This document shows, piece after piece, positions 38,859-51,589 of a DNA stretch of 64,000 nt (positions are counted from its first letter, which is position 1; every line of letters begins with the position of its first letter). The stretch covers positions 214,584,001 through 214,648,000 of the forward strand of contig NC_086097.1 in NCBI RefSeq assembly GCF_963921235.1, written 5' to 3'. Under the pieces are notes generated by a model. That model was not told the DNA's origin and searched no databases. It saw only the letters and a program-made list of their open reading frames with translations. The position numbers and the translations under genes are program-made. This stretch comes from Mobula hypostoma (lineage: Eukaryota).

Positions 38859-41532
38859 CTCAGTTAAGAAGGATTCTTCAACTTTGAAAGTAAGCTTACA
38901 CATTGTCTTTCATATTAGAAAAAATGTAAGCCAGGCTTAATTTTCTAAATTCCATTTTCAGGATTCCCGAATAGAATAATTGGGAATTCAGGATGCAGGT
39001 GGAACTATTTGGCCTATTGTGATGGTGCTGATTTTTTTTTTAAAAAAACTTCCCAGTCTCAACTAACCTTTCAACCAAGTACTTTAAAAATTTATGTCTT
39101 AATATCTATGTTTTGACCTCTGCTAAGAGAATAAATTCCACATTTACTCAGTCTGGGTTCCTCATATTTTATACCCTTTTAATTAAATCTTTCACTTCCT
39201 ATGTTTTTAGAAAACAACTCAAGTTTTCCCAATCTTTCCTCAGAAAATAAGTTTTAGAGTCCTGCCAAAATCCTGGTAAATCTCCTTTGTACCGTCTCCA
39301 GTGCAATTGCATCTTGTCTGTAATGTGTGAAGAACATTATGCAGTACCTGAGCAGTAAGTTGCAATTAATACAAGAAAAAATGAACAGCTGGATATATCT
39401 TTTTTAATAAATCTTTTGCTACATTAACTTTCCTGATCTGTCAACAAGATGAAACTGATCAAGATATTCAGAACAAGCTATCTCCAAACATGAAGCCTCC
39501 AGTAGCACATTATTAAAAAGATTAAGTAGTAACCATTGAATTGGCCTTTGAAAGCAGGCTTTCAGATAAATACTAGTTTGTTTTCCTGTGATACATTTCA
39601 CAAAAATTGGCATTTGGTGGCCTCTTGACAGGAATTTGTCTTTGTCTTCACTTAGAAAGTTAAACCATTTTAGTGTTGTCCCATTGATGGTTGCCAGCCG
39701 GTGTGGTTGAAATTGTGGTTTGGCTCCTGGGTCTCTGCAGCTATTTATTTTTAGTGTTTGTATTTGTAACAGTGGCTGTAAAAATCTGGAATTGATGTAG
39801 CATTCAGTACTGAATATAAAGCACGGTCATATATTGTAAATCAGTCTTTGTAATGACATAGTTTTCAAAGCACACGGCTTTATTTGCAAGTGGGAGTAGA
39901 GGAACACAGCACAATTCCATTAGAGTTAACCCTAGGCATAATAAAATATCTGTTTTATCATTACTGTGCCAAATTTGACTGCTGCTCTGGATATGTACAT
40001 ATAACCACCAGCGTGCACAATTTAAAAGTATTATATTTTTATTCCCTTTCAATTTATCTCAAAAAATGTAGTTTACTTGCTTTGATCCCAGTTAATTTAT
40101 TTATAGTTTCTTGGTCTGCAGGGACTGGTGAGATATTTGTCATGCTTGGTCATTTTGTCTCTTTGTAGGCGGTCTCTCAGGGCTGCGGGTGACTTACTTC
40201 CATTCCAGTTCTTTGGCTCTGAGGTTGTGATGAGTCAGTATGGAACCCCAGATCCTGCTAGAGGTAGAGTAGGAGGTGCTAGATAGGGCTGCTTCAGTCC
40301 TCATACGGTTTGCAAATAGCCACAAGACATTTGGTGTTTGCCTGGAAGCTCCTTTCCTTTTGCATCTTGAGGTATCATGGGCCATGCTGAAGAGCATGCT
40401 GTATTTTTCAAGGAGACTTTGAGAACGTCCTTGACTGTTTTCTGGGCCCAGTTGGAAGCTTCTTGCAGTCATGGAGCTCGCAGTTGAGTGTTCATTTTAG
40501 GAGCTGGTTAAGCATGAACAGGATCTCCATCCTGGAGTTGTTAGCCTGGGAGAGAACATTTGTTTGTTTATTTTGCCAAATTGGAGAATTCTGCAGAGAC
40601 AGATTTGACATTATTTCTCCATTGCTTTATGTTGCTTTGTGCAGATTGTTTGAGCTTCAAAGCTCACAGGATGTCTTTGGCTGAAGGCTGTGCTTGCTCA
40701 TTGGAACTGTTGGTGAATATTATCATTGAGCTTGGCAATCACTGAACGGTGTTCTTCAGAAGTGAAAATTTATTCACTTATCAAGGCTTGCAGGATAAAT
40801 TTTAATCAGTGGTGTTGTGTGGGGAGAGGCCAGAAGAAATTTATAGAGGCATAGAGCCATACAGAACAGAAACTGACCCCTTGGTCCAAATGGCCCATGC
40901 CAACCGACATTCCTATCTCAGCTACACTTGCCCAGATCCCTCAAAATCCTTTCTATTCATGTACTTACCCAAATATCTTCTAAATAATGTCAATGTACCT
41001 GCCTCAAACACTTCCTCCGGCAGCTCTCTGGGTGAAAAGGTTACTGTTCAGGTTCCTATTAAAGCTCCATGTCCTTTCCCTAAACATGCACTCTGTGGGC
41101 ACTTTATTGGTACAAGAGTGAAACCCGGTGTGTTCTGCTGCTGCTGTAGCCTATCCACTTCAACTTTCGACATGTTGTGCATTCAGAGATGCTCTTCTTC
41201 ACACCACTGGTCTGCTGCATTGTTACCTGTGTTCCTGTTCCTTTCCCTTGCCTGGCTGCTTGAATCAGTCTGGCCGTTCGCCTCTGACGTCTCTTATTAA
41301 CAAGGCATCTTCGCCCAAAAGAACTCCTGCTCACTGGAGGCTTTTTTGTTGATCACCCCATTCTCTGTGAGCTCTGGAGATTGTTGTGCGTGGATGTCCC
41401 AGGAGATCAGTTGTTTCTGAGATACTCAAACAACCCTCTCTGGCACTAACAATCATGCCACAGTCAAGGACACCTAGATCACATTTCTTTCCCATTCTGA
41501 AGTCTGGTCTGAACAGCAAATGAAACTCTTTT

Positions 41533-42085
41533 AGGGGATCACTATGTCAAACATCTCTGCTTCATCCACTAAAAGCAGAATTTCCCAGTGGCCAGCTATT
41601 TTAATTCCTGTCCCCGTTCTGACATGTCAGTCCATGGCCTCCACTTTTGCTGTGGAGAGGCAACTTTCAGGATGTAAGAGCAACAGCATATATCCTGTCT
41701 CGGTTGCATCAATTTCTCTCTTTGGTATTTTTCCCTCCATTTTCCCTCTTTCTATTCCCCACTCTGGCCTCTTAAGAATTCTCCTCACCTGGTGCCTCTC
41801 CTTCTTCCCTTTCTCCCATGGTCCACGCTCTTCGATCAAAGTCCACCTTCTCCAGCCCTTTATCTTTCCTACCCAACTGACTTCACCTATTCTAGCTCGT
41901 CCTCCTCCCTCTCCCCACCCAGCTTTTTATTCTGGCATCATCACCCTTCCTTTCCAGTCCTGAAGAATGATCTTGGCCCAAAACGTCAGTTCATTATTCC
42001 TATCCATAGGTGTTGCCTCACCCGCTAAGTTTCTCCAGCATTTTGTGTGTGTTGGTTTGAATTTCAAGCATCTAGCGAATCACTT
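41533..42085 (+). mobile_element. Penelope-like element 3' portion (GIY-YIG tail plus decayed hammerhead at about 41955-41990)
   Basis: GDH..KHL...FPVASYFNS..RSDMSVHGL, followed by cagtcCTGAAGAatgatcttggcccaaaacgtc and the terminal repeat. Confidence 0.75.
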
Positions 42086-42106
42086 GAGTAACTGAACTTC
42101 TGGGCT

Positions 42107-44325
42107 ATAAGACCATAAGACATAGGAATAGAATTAGGCCATTTGGCTCGTCGAGTCTGCTCTGCCATTCAATCATGGCAGTGATATATTTTTTTCCCCC
42201 TCCTCAGCCCTACTCCCTGGCCTTCTCCCCATAACCTTTGATGTCATCGCTGATCAAGAACCTATCAATTTTTGCCTTAAGTACATCAATAACTAGTCTC
42301 CACAGCTGCATGTGACAACAAATTTACAAATTCACCACACTCTAGCTAAAGGAATTTCTCTGTACCTCTGTTTTAAATGGACTGCCCTCTATCCTGAGGC
42401 TGTGCCCTCTTGTCCTAGACTCTTTCCACGTCTAGTCTGTCTAGCTATTTCAATGCTCGAAAGGTTTCAATGAGATTCTCTTCCCCCCCCCCCACCCCCC
42501 CATCCTTCTAAATTTCAGCGAGTACAGACCCAGAGCCATCAAACATTCCTCATTTGATAACCCTTTCATTCCTGGAATCATCCTTGAGAACTTCCTCTGG
42601 ACCCTTTCCAATGCCAGCACATCTTTTCTAAGATGAGGGGCCCAAAACTGTTCCTAATACTCAAGGTGAGACCTCACCAGTGCCTTACAAAGCCTCAGCA
42701 TCATATCCTTGCTCTTGTATTCTAGACCTCTTGAAATGAATGCTAACATGGTATTTGGCTTTCTCACCACTGACTCAACGTGCAAGTTAACCTTCAGGGT
42801 GTTCTGGACAAGGACTCCCAAGTCCTTCTGCATCTCAGATTCCTGGATTTTCTCCCCATTTAGAAAATAGTCCACACATTTCTTTCTACTACCAAAGTGC
42901 ATGACCATGGATTTTCCAACATTGCATTTCATGTGCCACTTTCTTACCTGGGAATAGCGAGAGGAGAAGATGACGGCGCGACACAGCGCGCATGGCCGTT
43001 CCGAATGAATGTCGTATGTGTAACTAGGGGGCCGTGCACAATCCGGATTTGATGGATACAGCTGTGAGAAGCACAGAGGAACACCTGGAGTAACTTCTGA
43101 AATGCCCGCTTCGCTGCCGCTGCTACTGTGCGATCAAGAATCTCCAGAGACGAAGGCCCCAAATCCTCGGCTTTGCCGGTTGCCAGGGCCGGGGTTGAAG
43201 CGCTTGGCAGAGAAGGTGCTCAGTGTCGGAGAGCTGGTCGGAGGCTCGGAGTTTTTGGACGGACTCAGAGTTGGATTGTGGTCGGATGCTTCCAGTATGC
43301 TGCATCAGCAAGTTGGCGGCGCTGGAGGTTTACAGTCTGCGTGAGATGATGGGACTTCTGAGAGATTGTGACTTTTACCGTGCCATGGTCTGTTCTTATC
43401 AGATTACGGTATTGCTTTGCACTGTTGTAACTATGTTATAATTATGTGGTTTTTGTTAGTTTTTAAGTCGGTTTGTCCTGTGTTTCCGTGATATCATACT
43501 GGAAGAACATTGTATCATTTCTTAATGCATGCATTACTAAATGACAATAAAAGAGGGCTGTGTGTCCTCATAATCATAATAATCATGATTCTCCTAATCT
43601 GTCTAAATCCTTCTGCAGCCTTCGTTTCCTCAGCACTACCTGCCTGTCCACCCATCTTCATACCATCTGCAAACTGCAAAAAAGCCATCTATTCCTTCAT
43701 CTAAATCATTGATATACAGCAAAAAAAGAAGCGGTCTCTGTGGAGTGCCAGTAGTCACTGGCAGCCAACCAGAAAATGATTCTTTTATTCCCACTCACTG
43801 CCTCCTACCAATCAGCCATGCTGGTAATTTTCCTGTAATACCATGGGCTCTTAACTTGGTAAGCAGCATCATGTGCACCTTGTCAAAGGCCTTCTGAAAG
43901 TCCAAATATACAACATCCACTGCATCCCCTTTATCTATCCTACTTGTAATCCCCTTAAAGAACTCCAACATGTTTCTCAGGCAAGATTTTCCCTTAAGGA
44001 AACCATGCTGCCTTCTGTATCTCTACCTCCTTCAGAAACCTAGGGTGCAGAAACTTACCCGATCAACTTTATCAGAACTAATACGTACCTCTTCCGAGCC
44101 AAAGCCTGATACTCCCACTCTCACCCTTTGCCCACTCCCAACAAACGCCGCTCCACTTGTTCCTTTTGTACTTCTATTTACTCACCTTTGCGCTGCTCAC
44201 ACCGCTAATTGGGCCACCGGAATGACACCAAACGCCCGTGAAGCTCTTCTTTTAAATGAGCGCTGTTGACCTGTGAATAACATCTTTGCTGTGCACTGCT
44301 CCCATCACTGAATGGGCCACCGCAA
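42107..44325 (-). mobile_element. Internally deleted CR1 LINE (5' UTR joined to the RT 3' half)
   Basis: RT motifs at 42654-42932 and a ccataaga tail at 42107. The segment 44050-44280 resembles the CR1 5' UTR at 32685-32900. Confidence 0.7.
42950..43586 (+). mobile_element. ~630-bp non-coding retroelement (CpG-rich head AAGATGACGGCG, AATAAA, (AATCAT)-type tail) inserted in CR1
   Basis: Interrupts CR1 coding sequence. Related copies at 28213-28723 and 49927-50527. Confidence 0.75.
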
Positions 44326-44545
44326 TGACTATGTCTGGACGATGATTTTATGCATTGAGTTGGTGCCACGTGGCTGATTAGATACTGGCATCAATGAGCA
44401 GGTGAACAGGTGTACCTAATACAGTGACCATTGAGTGTTGGTGTCCTCGTTTTTGATTCTCCATCCCTGGAAAAGAGACTGCATTCAACTTATCTGTACC
44501 CTCGAGGTTTCAGACACCTCTATAAGATCACCCATCATCTCCTAT

Positions 44546-44962
44546 CAGAGCTCATGGCTCCATCTGTAAGACAATGGATGCACCCGTCCAGGGCGCAGAC
44601 CTGAGCAATGAATATGGAGATCCTGGGCTGCCCAGACATCAAGATCCCCCTCTCAGCCTCGCGAATGTGGTCCAAAGCAATGCAAAGCAGTATATTTGGC
44701 ATCAGCTTGGCTGCAGGAGCTGCCGGGAGGTGACGTGATACATCATCCAACTGCCTTAGGGGCTCCACTCCGGATTTGTGTAGGGTTTACTCCTTGGCCT
44801 TCTCTTCTCCCAAGGATACCCACAAAGCAGTGGGATCCGTAACCCTGGATAGGGGCCCATACCGGATGCTGTCAGCTGGAGGCAGCTGAGCCCGGGACTC
44901 GTGTAAGGCAGGGTCGTCACGCCCTGTAGTAGTGACATATGGAGCCACTGCCCACTACCTTA
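44546..44962 (-). mobile_element. 417-bp non-autonomous retroelement, tentatively Ingi/Vingi- or RTE-derived
   Basis: Perfect 12-bp TSD ATCATCTCCTAT at 44534-44545 and 44963-44974. GC-rich, inserted into a CR1 fragment. The family call is from recalled similarity only. Confidence 0.7.
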
Positions 44963-47900
44963 ATCATCTCCTATGCTCCAATGAATTAAGTGCCAGCTAG
45001 CTTAAAGTCTCTCCATATCTCAGTTCCTTGGGTTCTGGAAACATCCTTGTGTTCCTGCACACTTCTGAGCTTATTGCATCCCTCCTCTAGCAGTCTGGCA
45101 AAATTTGACCTCAATATTGCAAATGCTGCCTCGCCAAATCTTGTATAACTGCAATAGAAAATCCCAACTTCTGTACTCAATGCACTGACCAATGTGTCAA
45201 CAGCCTTTTTCACCATCTTATCTATCAGGGGCACCATTTTCAGTGAACTATGTACTTGTACTCTCAGGTCCCTTTGTTCTATACCATTCTCCAGGGCCCC
45301 ACCTTCCACTGTGAAATTACTACCCTGATTTGCTTCCTCAAAATGCAATATGGCACGTTTGTTCAAATTAAACTTCATCTGCCATTCTTCAGTCCACTTG
45401 CCCAGCTGATCCCGATCCCTCTGTAAATCCTGATAACTATCTCCACTGCCTTCTAGATGTTTGGTGTAAAGCCTATCCTCTTCTACATTTCAGTGAAGGA
45501 ATCGGCAATGACAGATCAAAGTTCAAAGTACATACGTCACCAAATACTAACTTGAAATTCATTGTCTTGCAGGCATTCACAGTAGAACAGAGAAATACAA
45601 TAGAATCAATGAAAAATTGCACACAAGCAATGATTTCCAAACAACTAAAAGACAAACTATGTAAATAAAAAAATAATGAGAACATATGCTGTGGGGTCTT
45701 TGAAAGTGTCCCCAGAGCTTGTGGGATTCACTCAGAATTGAGGTGAGTGAAGCTATCCATTCTGGTTCAGGAGCCTGATGGTTGAAGGGTAATAACTGTT
45801 CCTGAACCAGTTGGTGTAGGACCTAAGAGTACTGTACCTCCTTCCCAGTGGCAGTGAGAAGAGAGTATGTCCTAGATGATGGGGGGGGGGGGTGGGTGCG
45901 GGGGGCTTCTTGATGATGGATACTCTTCTGGCAATGCTCCTTGTAGAGGTATTCAAGTGTGCGGAGGGCTTTGTCTGTGGTGATCTGGGCTGTGTCCACC
46001 AATTTTTGTAGGCTTTTTCATTCCTGGGGATTGGTGTTTCCTTACCATGCCATGAGGCAACCTGTCAGGATACCATCCACTGTGCCCAGATAAAGCTCTA
46101 TGCACAGTGTGTATGCCTATAAACGTGTAGGTGTATGCACTGTGTGTTCTGACTGAGACTGGGATACTTATGGTCCTGGAGTGTGGATTATGAAGGTTGA
46201 AGGGTTCCTTATTCATCCATTTCATTCCAGCTGGGATATTGTTGGACATGAGTGTGTTTTTGTGCTGAGTAAGATTGAGGATGATACATTCTTGCTTGAT
46301 TCCTGTTTATACACCAGGTCAATTGTGGGACTGTTGGCTAGGATCATGGCATCATGTAGCAAGCGTAGAACAGTAAAAATAATTTCAAAAGACTGCTAAA
46401 TTTGAAAAAAAGACTTTTCATATTCAATGTCAGATAAAGGAGTCAGGGATTTAGTTTCAGGTTGAAGAAGCTCATGCTTTTGCTGCACATGAAGTGTAAG
46501 TCCATTTTACCAATTGATGGCATGTGTGCATTTCTAGAAGGAACTCTTCAGCCAATGGAGTGAGCTGCTTTGGAAAGATTCCTATAATGACCATCCCTAT
46601 GTTGGACAAAGGGTAAATCCCTGTTATTACTACATTTGGATTCTTCCCCTTGTTTGAAAATATCACAATCATGGGTCTGTTGAACCCTGGTTAGACCACA
46701 CTTGGAATATTGTGTTCAGATTTTTTTTTTGTGCGGGAAGAGGGATTTTGGGGTCGATGAACCTGATCAGTTTCATTCTTAGATGGGCATATGGATGTTA
46801 GAAAAATGGAGAGCTATGTAGGAGGGAAAGGTTAGATTGATTTTAGAGTAGGTTCAAAGATATGTAGAAGGACCTTACCGTGCTATAATGCTCTTTTTTT
46901 TCTATGTTTATTGTAAAACTGACCTTATTTATTACCAGGTTTTGGGGGGGGGGGGGAAATCACCTGCACTCACTGGGGAAGAAAGTCACCTACACTTACC
47001 AGGAGAGGGAAGTCAGCTGGTCCAGCCCACATGCTGCTCTTAACCTGCAACAATGTAGTTTACTCCGAACCAAGCCTTTGAAATGTCCTGGCAAGTCATT
47101 CAGTTTCTTCAGCTAATAGCTCAAGACTAAATGCCGGAGTTCAGTTCAAAATGGGCAGCAAATATCCTGTGAATCAATATTAAAAATATTGATTGCTAGA
47201 TATAATCAGAAGCAGATCATTATCTGTTCTCCTATTGCCTTTTCTATTCACGTGACCAAACCCTATGTAGGACAGGGATGAATAGTTCTATTACACTGAG
47301 TAGCTCACTCCAGAAAGCATGTATCTATAGATAAACTCTGGCTAAGAGAATTATTAGAACATGTTATCATCAGGTTCCCGACAATGTCCATAAATGTTCA
47401 CTCTACAGCAGAAGTCATAGAGAGAGACAGCATGGAAACAGGCCTTGTAGCTCCCCAGCCATCAAGCACCCATTTTCATGCTAATCCTACCCTAACCATT
47501 TTATTCTTTCCATATTCCCATGTGCTTTCTCCAGACTCTCTCATTCATGACACTACCAGAGCAGTTTACTGTGGCTGATTAAACTTTCTAACCACCTATC
47601 CATTTTGGGATGAGAGAGGAAGCAGGCAGCACCCAAAGTCAGGATTGAACCTGGGTTGCTGGAGTTATGAGACACCAGCTCTAGTACTGTGCCATCTGCT
47701 ACTGTTTGATAATGATCAGTATTAAGGGTTCTGGCTACTTTCATTGTACTTCATATTCTCCCTAGAGAAATTGTGGTCAATTTTTATCCACACAGTATAA
47801 CAAGTAAATATTTAATGAAACTGTCACATGTGTTCTACTGACAGTTTTTAATCAATAATGGATTTTTATGAATTTGCATTAGGAAAAATGCAATTAAATG

Positions 47901-48246
47901 TTAGAATTTTCTTATTATGGTTGCATATATTAATAGATAAATTAAGGTTCCTGTAACTGTCAAAGCAGATAGTTTATTTCATTCTTCTCTGGATTAACAC
48001 TGAATATTTTATATTGATTTGATGTTTAATGACATCAGTATAGCAAGGCATGGAACAACGAAAAGCTTGAGAGATCACTGGGTATGTGTGACTGAGCGGA
48101 GTAACCCTATTCTTCAATCTACTATTTCCATTGTGGACATTTTTTGTGTGATGCTATTTTAAACGGTGGTCATTGTAAATTTAACTGAGTTTCTGCTTTG
48201 GGTGCAATCACTCAAAGTTTAGTCCAAATTAATCCAGTTTTGAATA

Positions 48247-48448
48247 AAAGCAACACACATAAAAGTTGCTGGTGAACACAGCAGGCCAGGCAGCATCTCT
48301 AGGAAGAGGTGCAGTCGACGTTTCAGGCCGAGACCCTTCGTCCTGACTGCACCTCTTCCTAGAGATGCTGCCTGGCCTGCTGCGTTCACCAGCAACTTTT
48401 ATGTGTGTTGCTTGAATTTCCAGCATCTGCAGAATTCCTGTTGTTTCT
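48247..48448. mobile_element. Compact palindromic Penelope-derived element
   Basis: 69-bp inverted arms (48248-48316 / 48345-48413). Perfect 12-bp TSD CAGTTTTGAATA at 48235-48246 and 48449-48460. Confidence 0.88.
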
Positions 48449-49116
48449 CAGTTTTGAATAGTCTTTTTCCTACCCCCACTGAGTTTCCACTCTCATTCCT
48501 TTGCGTATGCCCAACGTACAAGCTGGAAAATTCCTCATATGCTTAAGATTGTTAATTTGGCAACAGTGTCAAAAAGAGCTTCCATTAAAGTAAGCTGGCA
48601 TTTTAGTCTTTAGATTTTGAGATTTGACCTTGAAGCATACGTAGAGCTATTACTCACTTTTTAGAGTACAGTGGCTTAATCTCTGAGTAAACAAAGCAAA
48701 AAGTATTTTCAGAAATAACTAAAGATAATACCTAATGCTAGCTTTGTGACTGAAAGTTCTAGCTGAAATGTTAAAGCTTACCTGAAGTGTGTAATTAGTG
48801 GTGACTCTTAATAATGGACATTTGTCAAGGTTCAGAAAACTGGCGTAGATGATTGTGAAAGTTTATGGAAACTCAGTTTATTCTGAAACGTTGATGTGAT
48901 AAGTGTTTCTAATTAATTTATGAGATTCTAAAGGGGATATTCATAGCTATTTATATTTTATACCTTGTGAGCTTTTAACTTAAAACGTCTCTGGTATTTT
49001 AAGCTTGGTGAACTGCATTTATAGATGTCAATCATAATATGTATTGTATCATAAGTCTATGAGGTGAATGTGTATTACACAACTTCTAAAAAGCATTTTC
49101 TTGTCTTCTCTCTTAG

Positions 49117-49281
<165 letters not shown>

Positions 49282-49926
49282 TAAAATAAAAAAAATTCAT
49301 CCTGTGACAAATAATATTACCATGAATAGGGTCATATCTTGGAGGGCAGTTAGTGATGCAAAAACTACCTTGCATTCAATCTCAAAAAAAAAGAAAGACA
49401 TTAAGAATTCATTATTGTAAACACAGCTAGGTTGGGACTAGTACCATCACACTGTGAATGTGTGTCCTTTTGTTCCTTTTAATGATTACATAGAAAGAAA
49501 TCCTACTTCACGTCTGCATTAAAAAGGAAATACAAGATGCTGACAATAATTTCAGGAATAATTTATATTATATTTTGTACTTCATTAGTAAAACTACTTG
49601 TTGAAAACTGAATCCACAGCCCTCAGTTTGGATCACAATCTGTGTTGCTCAGTCTCAATAACCAAAATGAGTTTTGAACGATAAATTCATGCTATCATTA
49701 TGATATCACCCATGTAATATTGCATAACTTTACCTCAGCAGATAACCTCAGTTTATATATCCCTGAAATTATCACCTATGTCTGTTCTATCTCTAGGCAT
49801 CACAGTTCCAACAACTTCCTCGCTCCACCTTCTGTATAGCTGAGGTCATCTGATGTTCTGTTACCAATGTTTCAGTTGGTTACAAGACCTGTTAATCCAT
49901 CACCTCTGATCTGGATTAAGCTCCAA

Positions 49927-50527
49927 ATTAGATTATGAAGACACGTTGTCCCCTTTTATTGTCATTTAGGCATGCATTAAAAATTATACATTATTTCCTC
50001 CTGTATCACAAAACACAGGACAAACCAAGACTGAAAAAACTGACAAAACCACAATTATACACATAGTTACAAACAGTGTAACAATACCATAACTTGATGA
50101 AGAAAGTCCGTGAGCACAGTAAAGTTCAATGTTTCTCAAATGTCCCACATCTCACGCAGACGGGAGAAGGAAGAAAAACTCTCCCTGCCATGCCGACCAC
50201 AATCCGACTCTGAGTCATCCGAAAACTTCGAGCTCTGATCAGCTCTCCGACACCGAGTACTGAGCGGCATCTCTGCCGAAAGATTCGACCTCCTTCTCCG
50301 TCGCCAAAAGCAGGCAAGGCCGGGGATTTTGAGGTCTACCCTCCGAAAGATTCCCGACCACACAGTAACGACAGCAGTGGATGGGCGTTTCAGAAATTTC
50401 TCCAGATGTTCCTCTGTGCTTTCATGTACATTCTCCATCAAATCAGAATTGTCCACTGCCCCTATTTAACAGATACGACAGCATTTTTCACCGGAGAGCT
50501 GCGCATGCGCAGCATGCTGCCATCTTC
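49927..50527 (-). mobile_element. ~600-bp non-coding retroelement, diverged subfamily of 42950-43586
   Basis: The minus strand begins GAAGATGGCAGC and ends aaatgacaataaaaggggacaacgtgtcttcataatctaat. Confidence 0.7.
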
Positions 50528-51589
50528 TTAAGCACTGATTTAAAATTATTGCCAATATTTTCAAACCCCTTTTGTCAATCCCAACCTGTGAACATTTCCC
50601 AGTTCAATTATCCTCATAGGGTATTCCCTCTGGGGTGAATTTGCCATCCCTAATGGTACTTATTCCATGTGTTCAACTGCCACGCACTAAAATTCCCCCT
50701 GTAAATCTCTCTACCTCTCTACATTCCTACCATTAAAGCTCTCCTTGAAATTCATCTCTTTGATCACAAGTGAACATCTTCACTTTTATCTTTTTGGACT
50801 TGTTATCGTTTTTAGTTGTACAATACTGCTAAGAGATGTCCTGAGGTGTTTTACTGTATTAAAAGCTTTATATAAAAGAAACACTTGTCTTTTTGCAGTG
50901 TATTGTGTAGATGGAATGTAACTGATTTCTGCAATTCTAGATCAAATGGTAATGATTTTTTCTGGATCTGATGAGGTCTCCATTCAAGGGAGATGCTGTT
51001 CCAGTGGAGGTGAATTAATGAAAATGAAATAGTTAGAACTAGGAAACTAGAAAGAAGGGGAATGGGAAGTGTCATAAGCCCCACATTTCCTTCTCTTTGA
51101 AAGATTGATGTTTTGTGTTTTAAAGATTAAAATCTATGGCTCAGAAATTGTGTCAAATAGCCTCTATTATGCAAATTAATCTTCTCATGCCCCTGCAAAA
51201 AAAAATAATTCAAGAAGTGTAGAAACTTGACTGCTAGGTGCTCTAATCATCAAAAATTAATAATGACAAAGGAAGATGGAGTGATAGGTGGTGGCTTGGT
51301 GTGCAGCTCCAATGGGAGTCAACAAATATTCCTGTTTGAGACTATTACAGCTGAAATCCACAGTCACAACCATGGGTACTTCGGTAAGCAACATTGTTTT
51401 AATACTATTAAAAAATCTACTGTCCCTCAAAATCGGCGGGCCCTGGACAGCAGATTTAGGACTGGAGTCCTGAAGAAGGGTCTTGGCTCAAAATGTTGAC
51501 TGTTTACTCTTTTCCATAGATGCTGCCTGACCTGCTGAGTTCCTCCAGCATTTTGTGTGTTACATTAGTATGGTTCCCCTTTAAGAAAA

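Larger units (their letters stand above)
41089..44437 (-). mobile_element. Tc1-derived non-autonomous element split by nested Penelope, CR1 and other insertions
   Basis: Degenerate TIRs cactctgtgggcactttattggtac / gtacctaatacagtgaccattgagtg. ORF 41331-41519 resembles a Tc1 transposase N-terminal HTH (MGKKCDL...GMIV.AR..LSISET.DLLG..RTT.SR..REW). The two halves together match the intact copy at 58275-58830. Confidence 0.75.
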
